Source of the DNA: an uncultured archaeon
GTDB taxonomy: Archaea > Asgardarchaeota > Lokiarchaeia > Sigyniarchaeales > Promethearchaeaceae
Length of the DNA: 20,745 nt
Direction: 5' to 3'
NCBI GenBank assembly: GCA_964426185.1
Contig: CAYRPF010000063.1
Location: 1-20,745 of the forward strand
Below, piece after piece: positions 8,008-16,269 of this stretch. The translations under genes were made by a program, and so were the position numbers. The notes under the pieces are model-generated. The model did no database searches and was not told the origin of the DNA. It worked only from the letters and a program-made list of their open reading frames with translations. Position 1 is the first letter of the stretch; each line of letters opens with the position of its first letter.

Positions 8008-9141
8008 TTAAATCCCTATACCAATTGAGTTTCCAATTCCTGCTATTATAACTGATTGATTTTCTTTTGTTTTTCTTCTTATTAACGACTTAGTTTTTTC
8101 CATTATTGTGGGAACAGAATCTAAAATTGGTTTTTTCATTGTACAGATAGCATCTTCAAGACTTTGACGACAAATGAGAGCATCCATGGGAATTTGATTT
8201 TTAGTTGAAACATCTTCAATCTTAGATTTTTCGACACCAAATCCACCAATGGCTGCACCTACTCCAGCCACAACAGATCCTGTTATATCTCCTTCATATT
8301 TAATACCTGCATCAATTGTTATGATCCTAACTATTTCATCGGAGTGTAATTCAATAACTTTTTTAATCGCTGTTCCCGGTTTACCAACGGTTCCTCCAGG
8401 ACCTTTAGCCCTGATAAAATAAAGAGTTCGATCTTCAAAACTAACCTTTTGCATAATAGTTTTATCAGAAATTTCTTCGTAATCAGGAATATTGCCTTGA
8501 GTCATTTCTCTTACTAATTTCGCTACAACCATCGGACCCAAAGCATCTCCTATTGGACTACCCTCTGCAAATGATTTTGATGCGGAAACATAAGCTTTTG
8601 CCATAATCAGCAGTGAGTGTAATTGCATTTCAACTTGTTGTAGAAATACGGCAGATTTGCTTTTTTTACCTAAAAGGAAAAAATGTAATAGTAATCGATG
8701 AACCAAATTAACTGCTGAAGCCACTTCTAATAGGTTTACAAGATTTTCAATTTGAATTTCATCATCAATCTTTGTAAGATCTCTAACTTCGCTTAAATAG
8801 ATAGATTCTCTACTATTAAGAATATGTTCAATTTTAGAAACAATTCCATAAGGATCCAATTTAACAGGGGTGATTGTAACAAAATTCAGAAATTCATCAA
8901 CTTTACTTTTAATTTCTTGTACTGAACGACTTTCATTGCAACACTCTTTGAATTTTGTTATGGTTAATTGTTTGGTATCTTCATTTAATTCTTTCAACTC
9001 TTCTAAAACTGCTTTTATCGCTCTGGAAGATTTCCATCCTTGAATTTTGGTATTGTAATATATACTGATAAACATTATGATTATAAACACGACATTAAAA
9101 ACAGTTGACATTATTTCATTTACTTGATCGGTGAAATTCAT
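8008..9141 (-). CDS. DUF1512 family protein (N-terminal TM, helical domain, C-terminal HybD/YyaC-like peptidase-type domain)
   Basis: Motifs recalled for archaeal DUF1512: LDPYGIV.K, G.PIGDALGPMV, AKGPGGTVGKPG, IITIDAG.KYEG, GVGAAIGG.GVEK..IE, C-terminal IAGIGNSIGI. Confidence 0.8.
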   Translation of the reverse strand: MNFTDQVNEIMSTVFNVVFIIIMFISIYYNTKIQGWKSSRAIKAVLEELKELNEDTKQLTITKFKECCNESRSVQEIKSKVDEFLNFVTITPVKLDPYGIVSKIEHILNSRESIYLSEVRDLTKIDDEIQIENLVNLLEVASAVNLVHRLLLHFFLLGKKSKSAVFLQQVEMQLHSLLIMAKAYVSASKSFAEGSPIGDALGPMVVAKLVREMTQGNIPDYEEISDKTIMQKVSFEDRTLYFIRAKGPGGTVGKPGTAIKKVIELHSDEIVRIITIDAGIKYEGDITGSVVAGVGAAIGGFGVEKSKIEDVSTKNQIPMDALICRQSLEDAICTMKKPILDSVPTIMEKTKSLIRRKTKENQSVIIAGIGNSIGIGI

Positions 9142-9387
9142 TTTTATTTTGCTTCCTATTCACTGGATTTTTTAATTTATGGGATATATAATAGATTTAT
9201 TGGAATATATGTTAATTATATATATTTGTATCCTCCATGGATATATCTTTTTTTCTTCAATTACGATAACACCTTTGCAGAGTAATCTGCTTTGGAAAAC
9301 GTTGGAAAAAGAAGAAGAAAAAATAAAGAAAAGAAAAAATAAGATATTACTCATTATTTCAAAGTTTCAGTGCAAATATATCACAAT

Positions 9388-10152
9388 TTATTTTTCTTCC
9401 TCGAATTCTACATGAGGAATTTCGAATCCAAATTCTTTGGTTCCAAAAATTGCATAAATGAAACACAAAATATAGATTGTGATAAAGAATGGAATAATCG
9501 CAAACATTATATCAAGGGTTCCACCATCAGCAGCTCTAAGACCTCCACTATAGGTTGCAGTTATCATCTGAATCGACATCATAATGTTGGTAGCTAACAT
9601 AAAAATTCCACCGATTGTCAACAGATTTTTTGGGAATAATGAACCTTCCTTCTTTAGTGGAAGAGCGATTATTATTATTGCACTTATAAGTTGGACCAGT
9701 ATCAGAAAGATAGTTGCGATTAAGTCATATTTCGGAACAACTCCAGTATTTCCCATAAGTTGCATAATGAGATATCCTAGAGAGAAGATTATAGTAAAGA
9801 TAGTATAACTCTTCCCAAGTTTCTCATCTTTGTCATAACATAAACCCGCAGCAAAGAGCCCTGGTATCAATGGCAATAACAGTGCTGTTTGAAGCCCAAA
9901 CATACTTGTGCTAAAAGCACCAGCTAATGCTTCCAAAGATTCAGAAGCAAGTAAAGTGTGATAGAAAACAAAGATTCCTAAGAACCCAAATGTCCATAAT
10001 AATTGGCTTTTATTCCTGGTCTTAAGATAACTCGCAAATAGAAACATTCCCATAAACAATGCTGCAAGAGCCACAATCCAAAGGAATGGTTCAGTCCATC
10101 GGTAATTTGATATGGCCCATACATCAAAAGGTGCTGCATCTCGTAGTAACAT
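9388..10152 (-). CDS. Hypothetical 7-TM membrane protein
   Basis: 254 aa, seven hydrophobic segments, acidic C-tail; TAATG overlap with the upstream gene at 10150-10154 and a GGAGG SD. Confidence 0.75.
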   Translation of the reverse strand: MLLRDAAPFDVWAISNYRWTEPFLWIVALAALFMGMFLFASYLKTRNKSQLLWTFGFLGIFVFYHTLLASESLEALAGAFSTSMFGLQTALLLPLIPGLFAAGLCYDKDEKLGKSYTIFTIIFSLGYLIMQLMGNTGVVPKYDLIATIFLILVQLISAIIIIALPLKKEGSLFPKNLLTIGGIFMLATNIMMSIQMITATYSGGLRAADGGTLDIMFAIIPFFITIYILCFIYAIFGTKEFGFEIPHVEFEEEK

Positions 10153-10889
10153 TAGTGATTCCCCTCCACGGAAGTAATCAATGAATTAGCTGGTTTAAAA
10201 TGCTTAAGTATAAATCCCCCACCTAACATTGAAACTCCAATTATTGATGTAGTATAAGCGCCTAGTGATTGGATTTCCACAAGTTGCCAATAATTAAACC
10301 CTGAAATTACATGAGCACTAGCCATGAAATTTGTTCCGAGGAATGATATCATTGAAAGCCAGAAGAAGAACAATGACATCATCATTAATTGTTTTGCTAT
10401 ATTTCCTGTAAATCTATTTTCAGTAGATGCAAATTTCACAACACTCCTTCTAACAGGAGGGATTAACAATACAATAATTACTAGCAAATTAGCAAATGTT
10501 CTTGCCCAATGTGGTGATCCTATCGAAAATGGAGTTTCTTCATTGACTTTTGATAAATCAGATATAAGTGCAGGCACCAATCCCGCTGCAAAAGAAACAA
10601 TAGCGGTGAGAAGTGCCATTATGTAAGCCCCTTTTCTCTGAGTTAAGAAAGCGAAAATCACATATCCCCAGAAAAGAGCCCCTAACCAAGTAATTATATT
10701 AGCTATCCTAAAAACTACAAGATTTTCCATTACATACGCAAACGCCATCGAGAACGGAGGCTCGGAATATTTTGGATCCCAAGTAACACAAACTGCTCCA
10801 TATGCACTTAACAGTGTAAGTGCCGCAGTTACTGCAAACAGAGCAAGTACTACAAAGGAAGTTGTAAATTCATTTCTCTTTAATTTCAT
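10152..10889 (-). CDS. Hypothetical ~6-TM membrane protein
   Basis: 245 aa, about six hydrophobic segments, with motifs GAVCVTW and IGSPHWAR; translationally coupled to the downstream 7-TM gene. Confidence 0.75.
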   Translation of the reverse strand: MKLKRNEFTTSFVVLALFAVTAALTLLSAYGAVCVTWDPKYSEPPFSMAFAYVMENLVVFRIANIITWLGALFWGYVIFAFLTQRKGAYIMALLTAIVSFAAGLVPALISDLSKVNEETPFSIGSPHWARTFANLLVIIVLLIPPVRRSVVKFASTENRFTGNIAKQLMMMSLFFFWLSMISFLGTNFMASAHVISGFNYWQLVEIQSLGAYTTSIIGVSMLGGGFILKHFKPANSLITSVEGNH

Positions 10890-11157
10890 TTTTGATCGAC
10901 CTAATTTTTAGAAATTCAAATGAGAAGAGTATAAAAATAAATTCAGTCATTTATTTTATACAATCTCAATAATTACTCTTTCAGAGTTTATTTAAAGATT
11001 TCTCAAGCTTGCAAGAAAATTCACTGACGAAATTATCCCCTTATATTGATCATTTTCCATGATTCTTAGAATTTATAATATAGAAGCGGATTATATTATT
11101 AATTTGGTGATATTGTTGTAGTTATTGTAGAAAAAAAAGGTATATTATCGAAGAAAC

Positions 11158-12540
11158 TTATTTTGTCTTCTTTTTACGTTTTTCCTTTTTCTTTTTCTCT
11201 TTTTTCTCAATAGCTTTTGCCTTTCCTTCATCCAAACCAGTATCGATTTTTTCTTCTAAAATAAGTATCTTCTCTAAAGTGAAGTAATATCCATTATGCA
11301 AGAAATAAGAGAAAAGCAAACCTAAAACGGTAAATGTCCCAATTAAGGCACTGTAAGCTAAAAGCGCCAAACCATTACTTAAGCCAGCCAACCATATGAA
11401 GAGATTATCTCCACCACCTGTACTTGTAGCAGAAATAATCAATGTAACAATCCAAATAATTAGACCGACTACAATTAGGGTGATCGCAAATAAAATCCCG
11501 ACCGTGATCACTTTAGCGGATAAATTTTCCTTTTCGGACTTCTTTGGGTGGTACTGTACAAAAAGCGAGGTCATAATCAAATTATTGCCCCGTTTATAGA
11601 AGAACATAGCAAAAACTAGTGTGCCAAAGAAAAGAGCTGCAAAAATTCCATAAAATGAAGTTTGAATGCCAATTGGATAAGTTCGAAATGCACTACCCCA
11701 ATCGCTGGTGATCGATTCGATTATTGCCCACACAACTCCAAAAACCACGCCGATTAATTCAAGAACGATTATTCCAAAGAAAATTTTTCCAGTAATCTTC
11801 TGTTTTGAAGAAAAATCATATTTAGATTCTACGCGTTCATTATAAAGTAATATGCTTTCGATTACCCAATTGTGTCCATTTTCCCAGATGAAGATCATGG
11901 AATAAATTAAGCCATCAAACAGCAGTAAAATCAACCCGATAATTAAGGTGATAGAGCCACCTGTTAATGTGGTGAAAAAATCGGGTATGTTCGTAGATGT
12001 AATATGACCAAATAGAAATTCGATTAAAGCGATAATTAATCCAGTAAAGACTAAAAAGACCGCAATTAGAGTGCCGGCCGCAATATATTTTGCTAATAAA
12101 TAAGCTTCGTCTTTGGATTTTTTTAACTCTTTATCAACTTTGAATAGATTTCTCTGTAAATTTCGACTCCCTCGCTTGTAGAAAACCACTAAAAATAGAA
12201 CCAAGAAGAACAATCCCAATAAGATTAAACCTACAATGAAGATCTGAGTCTGAATAGAGAGATTTAAAAATTCTTTCCACTTACTGGTAGAAAAAATGTC
12301 ACCTATCGCCCAAAAAAGCCCAACGGTAGAAACAAATATGCCTATGGCGGTCATCCATAGAATGATTTTTATAATTATGGATTGAAACCGCAATTCACGT
12401 TCGGATGGAGATGTTCTGATAGATATATCCTTTTTCGGCGTATTATTCGAAGATGGATGTGCAAAGGGGGCATCTTGTGAATTGGAGTTGCTCCCGTGAC
12501 TTGAATTCTCATCGTTATTGTTAGATTTATTTTTAGTCAT
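11158..12540 (-). CDS. Hypothetical 8-TM membrane protein with internal tandem duplication (2 x 4 TM), low-complexity N-terminus and Lys-rich C-tail
   Basis: Start moved from 12705 to ATG 12540 (TAGGAG SD at ~12549-12554), which removes the overlap with the regulator gene. The two halves share G..WAI, FYKRG, AK.I..G.L.A..L...GLII and NG.....E.IL. Confidence 0.8.
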   Translation of the reverse strand: MTKNKSNNNDENSSHGSNSNSQDAPFAHPSSNNTPKKDISIRTSPSERELRFQSIIIKIILWMTAIGIFVSTVGLFWAIGDIFSTSKWKEFLNLSIQTQIFIVGLILLGLFFLVLFLVVFYKRGSRNLQRNLFKVDKELKKSKDEAYLLAKYIAAGTLIAVFLVFTGLIIALIEFLFGHITSTNIPDFFTTLTGGSITLIIGLILLLFDGLIYSMIFIWENGHNWVIESILLYNERVESKYDFSSKQKITGKIFFGIIVLELIGVVFGVVWAIIESITSDWGSAFRTYPIGIQTSFYGIFAALFFGTLVFAMFFYKRGNNLIMTSLFVQYHPKKSEKENLSAKVITVGILFAITLIVVGLIIWIVTLIISATSTGGGDNLFIWLAGLSNGLALLAYSALIGTFTVLGLLFSYFLHNGYYFTLEKILILEEKIDTGLDEGKAKAIEKKEKKKKEKRKKKTK

Positions 12541-12622
12541 ATTAATAACTCCTAAGGTAGTTACTAATTGCCAACATGTACTTAAATAAATAACTGATAC
12601 ACAAAAATGGATAAAAATAAGA

Positions 12623-13075
12623 TTATTGGGAATATTTCCGGCTTTCGCAGAATTTAGTATAATTATCAGACTTAGGCAGGTTAAACTTTTCACAAATCGC
12701 ATCAATTAAGGTGCATTGGACTCTACCAGCAAGATGAAGGGCTTGGTAATGAGCTTCTTCATCACTTAGGTCTAATGTTTTCTTTAAAAAGAATTCTATG
12801 ATAAAATGGTGATTTGATAGATGCTTTGCTAATTCTAATCCAGATCCTTTTAAAGTAACTGCACCATATTTCTTCCATGCAATCAGATCTTCGCCCACTA
12901 ATCGATGTAAGACAGAATTTAGTGTAGAATGAGGCAAATTCAGCTTATTAGCTATATCCCTTGGCAGAATAGGTTTACCCCAATAAAATAAAAAATCTAA
13001 AATTTGATATTCTTTCTCCTTTAATAATTTTCCATTAAAGGTGCTTGTGCCTTGCTTTAATTCTTCTTTAATCAT
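12623..13075 (-). CDS. DtxR/MntR/TroR-family metal-dependent transcriptional regulator (degenerate primary metal site)
   Basis: wHTH PRDIANKLNLPHSTLNSVLHRL...LIAWKKYGAVTL..G..LA, then HH.IIE.FL...L......AH. Start moved to ATG 13075 (GGTGA SD at 13083-13087). Confidence 0.85.
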   Translation of the reverse strand: MIKEELKQGTSTFNGKLLKEKEYQILDFLFYWGKPILPRDIANKLNLPHSTLNSVLHRLVGEDLIAWKKYGAVTLKGSGLELAKHLSNHHFIIEFFLKKTLDLSDEEAHYQALHLAGRVQCTLIDAICEKFNLPKSDNYTKFCESRKYSQ

Positions 13076-13088
13076 ATCAATTTCACCA

Positions 13089-13934
13089 CTATTCTTCATT
13101 TAAATTGTAAGCAATGGCAATTGCCTTGTCAGCATTTGGATTTTCAGGTGACCCGTCAAATCTAATGGTTCCATCTAATACAAACAAACGACCGCAATGT
13201 TTACGAATGAGATTAACGTTATGGTGAACCATCAATATTGTAAGCCCATATTTTTGATGCAATTCATCAACTAAGTGGAATACTGAACGAGTCATTTCAA
13301 AATCTAAGGCACTGGTAGGTTCGTCAAGTAGCAATATAGAAGGATTTTTGGCAAGAGCCCGTGCAATTAATATTTTCTGTTGTTCTCCCCCAGAAAGATG
13401 ACCAATTGGTCGATTAGCAAATTCATGCATATGAACTTGAACTAACGCATGATGGACCATTTCATAATCATGCTTCGTAGGTCGATGAAATAAACCAATC
13501 TGACCATAACGACCCATTAGTACTGCTTCACTTACGCATAACGGAAAATCTTTAGGAATCGGGTTCATCTGTGGAACATATCCAATAATATTTCGTGATT
13601 TTTTATTCAATGGTTTACCAAATACTAATACATTTCCCGAAAGGGGGGGAAGAACGTAAAGTAGAGTTTTCAGTAGAGAAGTTTTCCCTGAACCGTTAGG
13701 TCCCACTATTCCAATGTATTCTCCAGATTTAACGGTAAAGTTAAGATTTTGCAAGACCAAATGCCCTGGATATCCTATATCCGCATGGGAGAATTCTACT
13801 GCAGGATTATTGGGATCTATGGGAAAATGATTTTTCTCGATTTCCAAATGAGAATGGGACATTTTATGGGATAAATGAGAAGGCTGGATGTTGGTATGAA
13901 TAGCCCTTTCTGATCTACTTTTATTCAAAGTCAT
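13089..13934 (-). CDS. znuC: Zn/Mn ABC transporter ATP-binding subunit (ZnuC/TroB-like) with His-rich N-terminal extension
   Basis: Walker A GPNGSGKT, IGYVPQ, VLMGRY, signature LSGGEQQK, Walker B LLLDEP, H-loop MVHH. A GGAGGA SD upstream of ATG 13934 lies inside the permease 3' end. Confidence 0.9.
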   Translation of the reverse strand: MTLNKSRSERAIHTNIQPSHLSHKMSHSHLEIEKNHFPIDPNNPAVEFSHADIGYPGHLVLQNLNFTVKSGEYIGIVGPNGSGKTSLLKTLLYVLPPLSGNVLVFGKPLNKKSRNIIGYVPQMNPIPKDFPLCVSEAVLMGRYGQIGLFHRPTKHDYEMVHHALVQVHMHEFANRPIGHLSGGEQQKILIARALAKNPSILLLDEPTSALDFEMTRSVFHLVDELHQKYGLTILMVHHNVNLIRKHCGRLFVLDGTIRFDGSPENPNADKAIAIAYNLNEE

Positions 13935-14919
13935 TATTTACTTCTCCTCCTTGATTGACGAGCATTTCATGGTGTTCTTCTTCTTGACAATAGGGACAAT
14001 CTTCGATTTGGGACAAATCGCGACAATAACGGCAATTTTTTGTATGAGTTGCTTGATCTTTAGAACTAATTAACGAAGGGGTGTTTCTCTTGGGAGAAAA
14101 TATAAAGGAAATGCCAAAAATGAAGGTAACCATCAGAACGATCGTTGAACCGGTTGGAAGATCAAAAATAAAACTTAATATCATGCCGAAAAAAGAAGAT
14201 AATCCTCCGAATAAGGCACTTAAAAGTAACATTCGATTTATTTTATATGTCCATTGATATGCAGCAGCAGCTGGAGTCACGATCATCGCAAATACGAGAA
14301 TAGCACCGATCGCACGCAAAGATATAGTAACAATTGCCGCAATCATTCCTACAAATAAATAATTTAATAAGTTTACGGAAATGCCAGATATTTTTGCCAT
14401 AGATTCATCAAAAATAATGAAAAGCAGTTCTTTTTTGAGAAGAAAGAAGATTACTAAAACAGTTGCAGAAATAACCAATAATCGAATAAAATTTTCATTT
14501 GTAATCAGCAAGGCATTTCCAAATAGAAGAGATTGAATATTAGTATTATACTCTTTGTTCAACCCCACAAAAAGTATGGCTAATGCCATTGATAGGCTGA
14601 ACATTATTCCCACTGCAGTATCATTTTGAGAAGACTTGTCACGTTTATTTATATAACCAATAATCAAGGCGGTGGCTTCTCCAAAGGCAAAGATAGTAAA
14701 GAAAGGATCAATACCCAATAAAATCGCAAGAGCACCTCCTGCAAAACAACTATGTGCAATTCCTGCGCCTAAAAAACTCATTCCTTTCAAGATAATAAAA
14801 ACACCAATCAGACCACAAACTATACCAACAATGATCGTCGAAAAAAGCGCCCGCTGCAAATAAGCATATTGAAGATTGTCAAAGAAATCTAGAATAGTTG
14901 TCATAAGCTTCAGCCCCAT
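13921..14919 (-). CDS. znuB: Zn/Mn ABC transporter permease (ABC-3, ZnuB-like) with C-terminal CxxC-x8-CxxC extension
   Basis: LQRAL, G.IGVFIILKGMSFLGAGIAHS, DTAVGI, LLFGN.L, FDE..A...G, GAILV.AM...PAAAA, D.PTG..IV. Alternative start at 14904. Confidence 0.9.
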   Translation of the reverse strand: MGLKLMTTILDFFDNLQYAYLQRALFSTIIVGIVCGLIGVFIILKGMSFLGAGIAHSCFAGGALAILLGIDPFFTIFAFGEATALIIGYINKRDKSSQNDTAVGIMFSLSMALAILFVGLNKEYNTNIQSLLFGNALLITNENFIRLLVISATVLVIFFLLKKELLFIIFDESMAKISGISVNLLNYLFVGMIAAIVTISLRAIGAILVFAMIVTPAAAAYQWTYKINRMLLLSALFGGLSSFFGMILSFIFDLPTGSTIVLMVTFIFGISFIFSPKRNTPSLISSKDQATHTKNCRYCRDLSQIEDCPYCQEEEHHEMLVNQGGEVNNDFE

Positions 14920-14958
14920 GTATGGTTATAAAAAATAGGATTTACACACTTAAAAATT

Positions 14959-14976
14959 TTTACGAAACTTCGTAAA
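14959..14976. promoter_or_regulatory. Palindromic operator copy 1: TTTACGAA-AC-TTCGTAAA (perfect 8-2-8)
   Basis: Read directly; lies immediately upstream of a minus-strand TATA-like TTTTTAAG (14949-14956) of the permease operon. Confidence 0.8.
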
Positions 14977-15010
14977 CTTTATTTACTTACAATTAATTGA
15001 GTTAATTGGT

Positions 15011-15028
15011 TTTACGAAGGTTCGTTAA
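15011..15028. promoter_or_regulatory. Palindromic operator copy 2: TTTACGAA-GG-TTCGTTAA (one mismatch)
   Basis: Read directly; 52 bp from copy 1 and just upstream of a plus-strand TATA-like TATAAAAA (15038-15045) of the SBP gene. Confidence 0.75.
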
Positions 15029-15071
15029 CTCGATTAGTATAAAAACCCATTTTATGGAGGAAAATCACATA

Positions 15072-16163
15072 ATGAATAGGTCTAATAAAACTATTTTGAT
15101 ACTATTTACTTTGATGTCATTATTTTTGCTGTCTATGGTGAATTTACAACTTACACCCGTTGCAGGCCAAGAAGTGGACAATTCCAGCTCAACTCTAAAG
15201 GTGGTAACATCCGTTGAACTTTTAGAAGATTTTGTAACCCAAATAGGGGGTAATTTAACCGGAGTAACTGCGGTATTGGTAGATGGAACCGAGGATCCAC
15301 ATACATACGAGCCGACTCAATCCGAAATCAACGCTCTTATCGAAGCAGATGTGTTACTTTTAATGGGACGGCCAGATTTAGAACCTTGGTGGGAAGGTTA
15401 TACTGATTCTCAAGGAAATTCTGAAGGTGGTTATAAAGAAATTGTTTTACAAGATAACCCAGATTTGTTGGTAATTACAGCTATGAACGAATCAATGACT
15501 CAAACCGATCCACTCTTAGGTATGTCTAACCCCCACGGGTGGATGTCTCCAATAATTGCCAAGCAAATGGTAAAAAACATCTATCTTGGTTTGAATTCAT
15601 CAATAAGCGAAGATAGCCAAATATTATTGAAGAAATACTACACCACTTATATTAATCAGTTAGACACTTTAATTACATATTTACAAAACCAAAAATCGCA
15701 CTTCTCCGGACTTAAAGTGGTGGTTTATCACCCTTCGTTCATGTATCTTTTTGATCTTTTAGGAATCGAGAGAATTGCTGTCATTGAAGAACAACACGAT
15801 GTAGAACCATCCCCCCAGCATATTCAAGAAATTAAAAGCCTAATGGAAACAAACAACTGCACGACTATTGTTAGTCAAGCTAACTTGGATGAAGATGCAG
15901 TGATGCAACTAGCGAGAGATATGAATGCCAATATTATATGGGGTATCCCTCTGTTGGGAATGGAATCAAAAAATGGAACCCGAATTTCTTCTTATATAAA
16001 TATGATTCATTACAATATTTGGGCATTAGATCATCCGGAGCCCCCAACACCTAAAGAAAACTCTATCCCAGGATATCTGCTAATGCAATCGATCGCAGGA
16101 GCTGGAATTGGGATAGCACTTGCTTTTTCAGTAATGCAATTTGGAAAATTGCAAAAAAAATGA
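15072..16163 (+). CDS. znuA: Zn-type ABC transporter substrate-binding protein (ZnuA/AdcA/TroA cluster A-I) with signal peptide and IPGY-TM-basic C-terminal sorting signal
   Basis: LKVVTS, DPHTYEPT, NPHGWMSP, VVYHPSF.YL, EPSPQHI; three His ligands. Start moved from TTG 15006 (which would overlap the operator) to ATG 15072 (GGAGG at 15056-15060). Confidence 0.88.
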   Translation: MNRSNKTILILFTLMSLFLLSMVNLQLTPVAGQEVDNSSSTLKVVTSVELLEDFVTQIGGNLTGVTAVLVDGTEDPHTYEPTQSEINALIEADVLLLMGRPDLEPWWEGYTDSQGNSEGGYKEIVLQDNPDLLVITAMNESMTQTDPLLGMSNPHGWMSPIIAKQMVKNIYLGLNSSISEDSQILLKKYYTTYINQLDTLITYLQNQKSHFSGLKVVVYHPSFMYLFDLLGIERIAVIEEQHDVEPSPQHIQEIKSLMETNNCTTIVSQANLDEDAVMQLARDMNANIIWGIPLLGMESKNGTRISSYINMIHYNIWALDHPEPPTPKENSIPGYLLMQSIAGAGIGIALAFSVMQFGKLQKK

Positions 16164-16269
16164 TTCTCTACCTTTCTTCTCTTTAACTAACGTATAGAAC
16201 GCTTTCACACTTTTTTCAGTCAGTATGTCAAAACTGACAAAAGTTTTTACGGTTTTCGGTGCTTTACAG

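Noticed and set aside
9172-9415. Intergenic ORFs 9172-9354 (-) and 9179-9415 (+)
   Set aside because: Low-complexity products of poly-A/T tracts that overlap each other; more likely the terminator/promoter region upstream of DUF1512.
9388-10152. 7-TM protein as a rhodopsin (schizorhodopsin or heliorhodopsin)
   Set aside because: No retinal-binding Lys within TM7 and no RYxxW-type motif in TM3.
11075-11099. Inverted repeat ATAATATA-n9-TATATTAT
   Set aside because: The arms are pure A/T in a very AT-rich gap, so this is expected by chance; no second copy was seen.
11158-11220. C-terminal KKTK as a eukaryotic KKXX retrieval signal
   Set aside because: It is part of a long poly-Lys tail typical of AT-rich genomes, and other ORFs here also end in Lys-rich tails.
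12541-12705. ORF-track N-terminal extensions (here, and at 3971-4015, 15006-15071, 20316-20348)
   Set aside because: Downstream ATGs have well-placed SD motifs; most extensions overlap neighbouring genes or operators, and none looks like part of the protein family.
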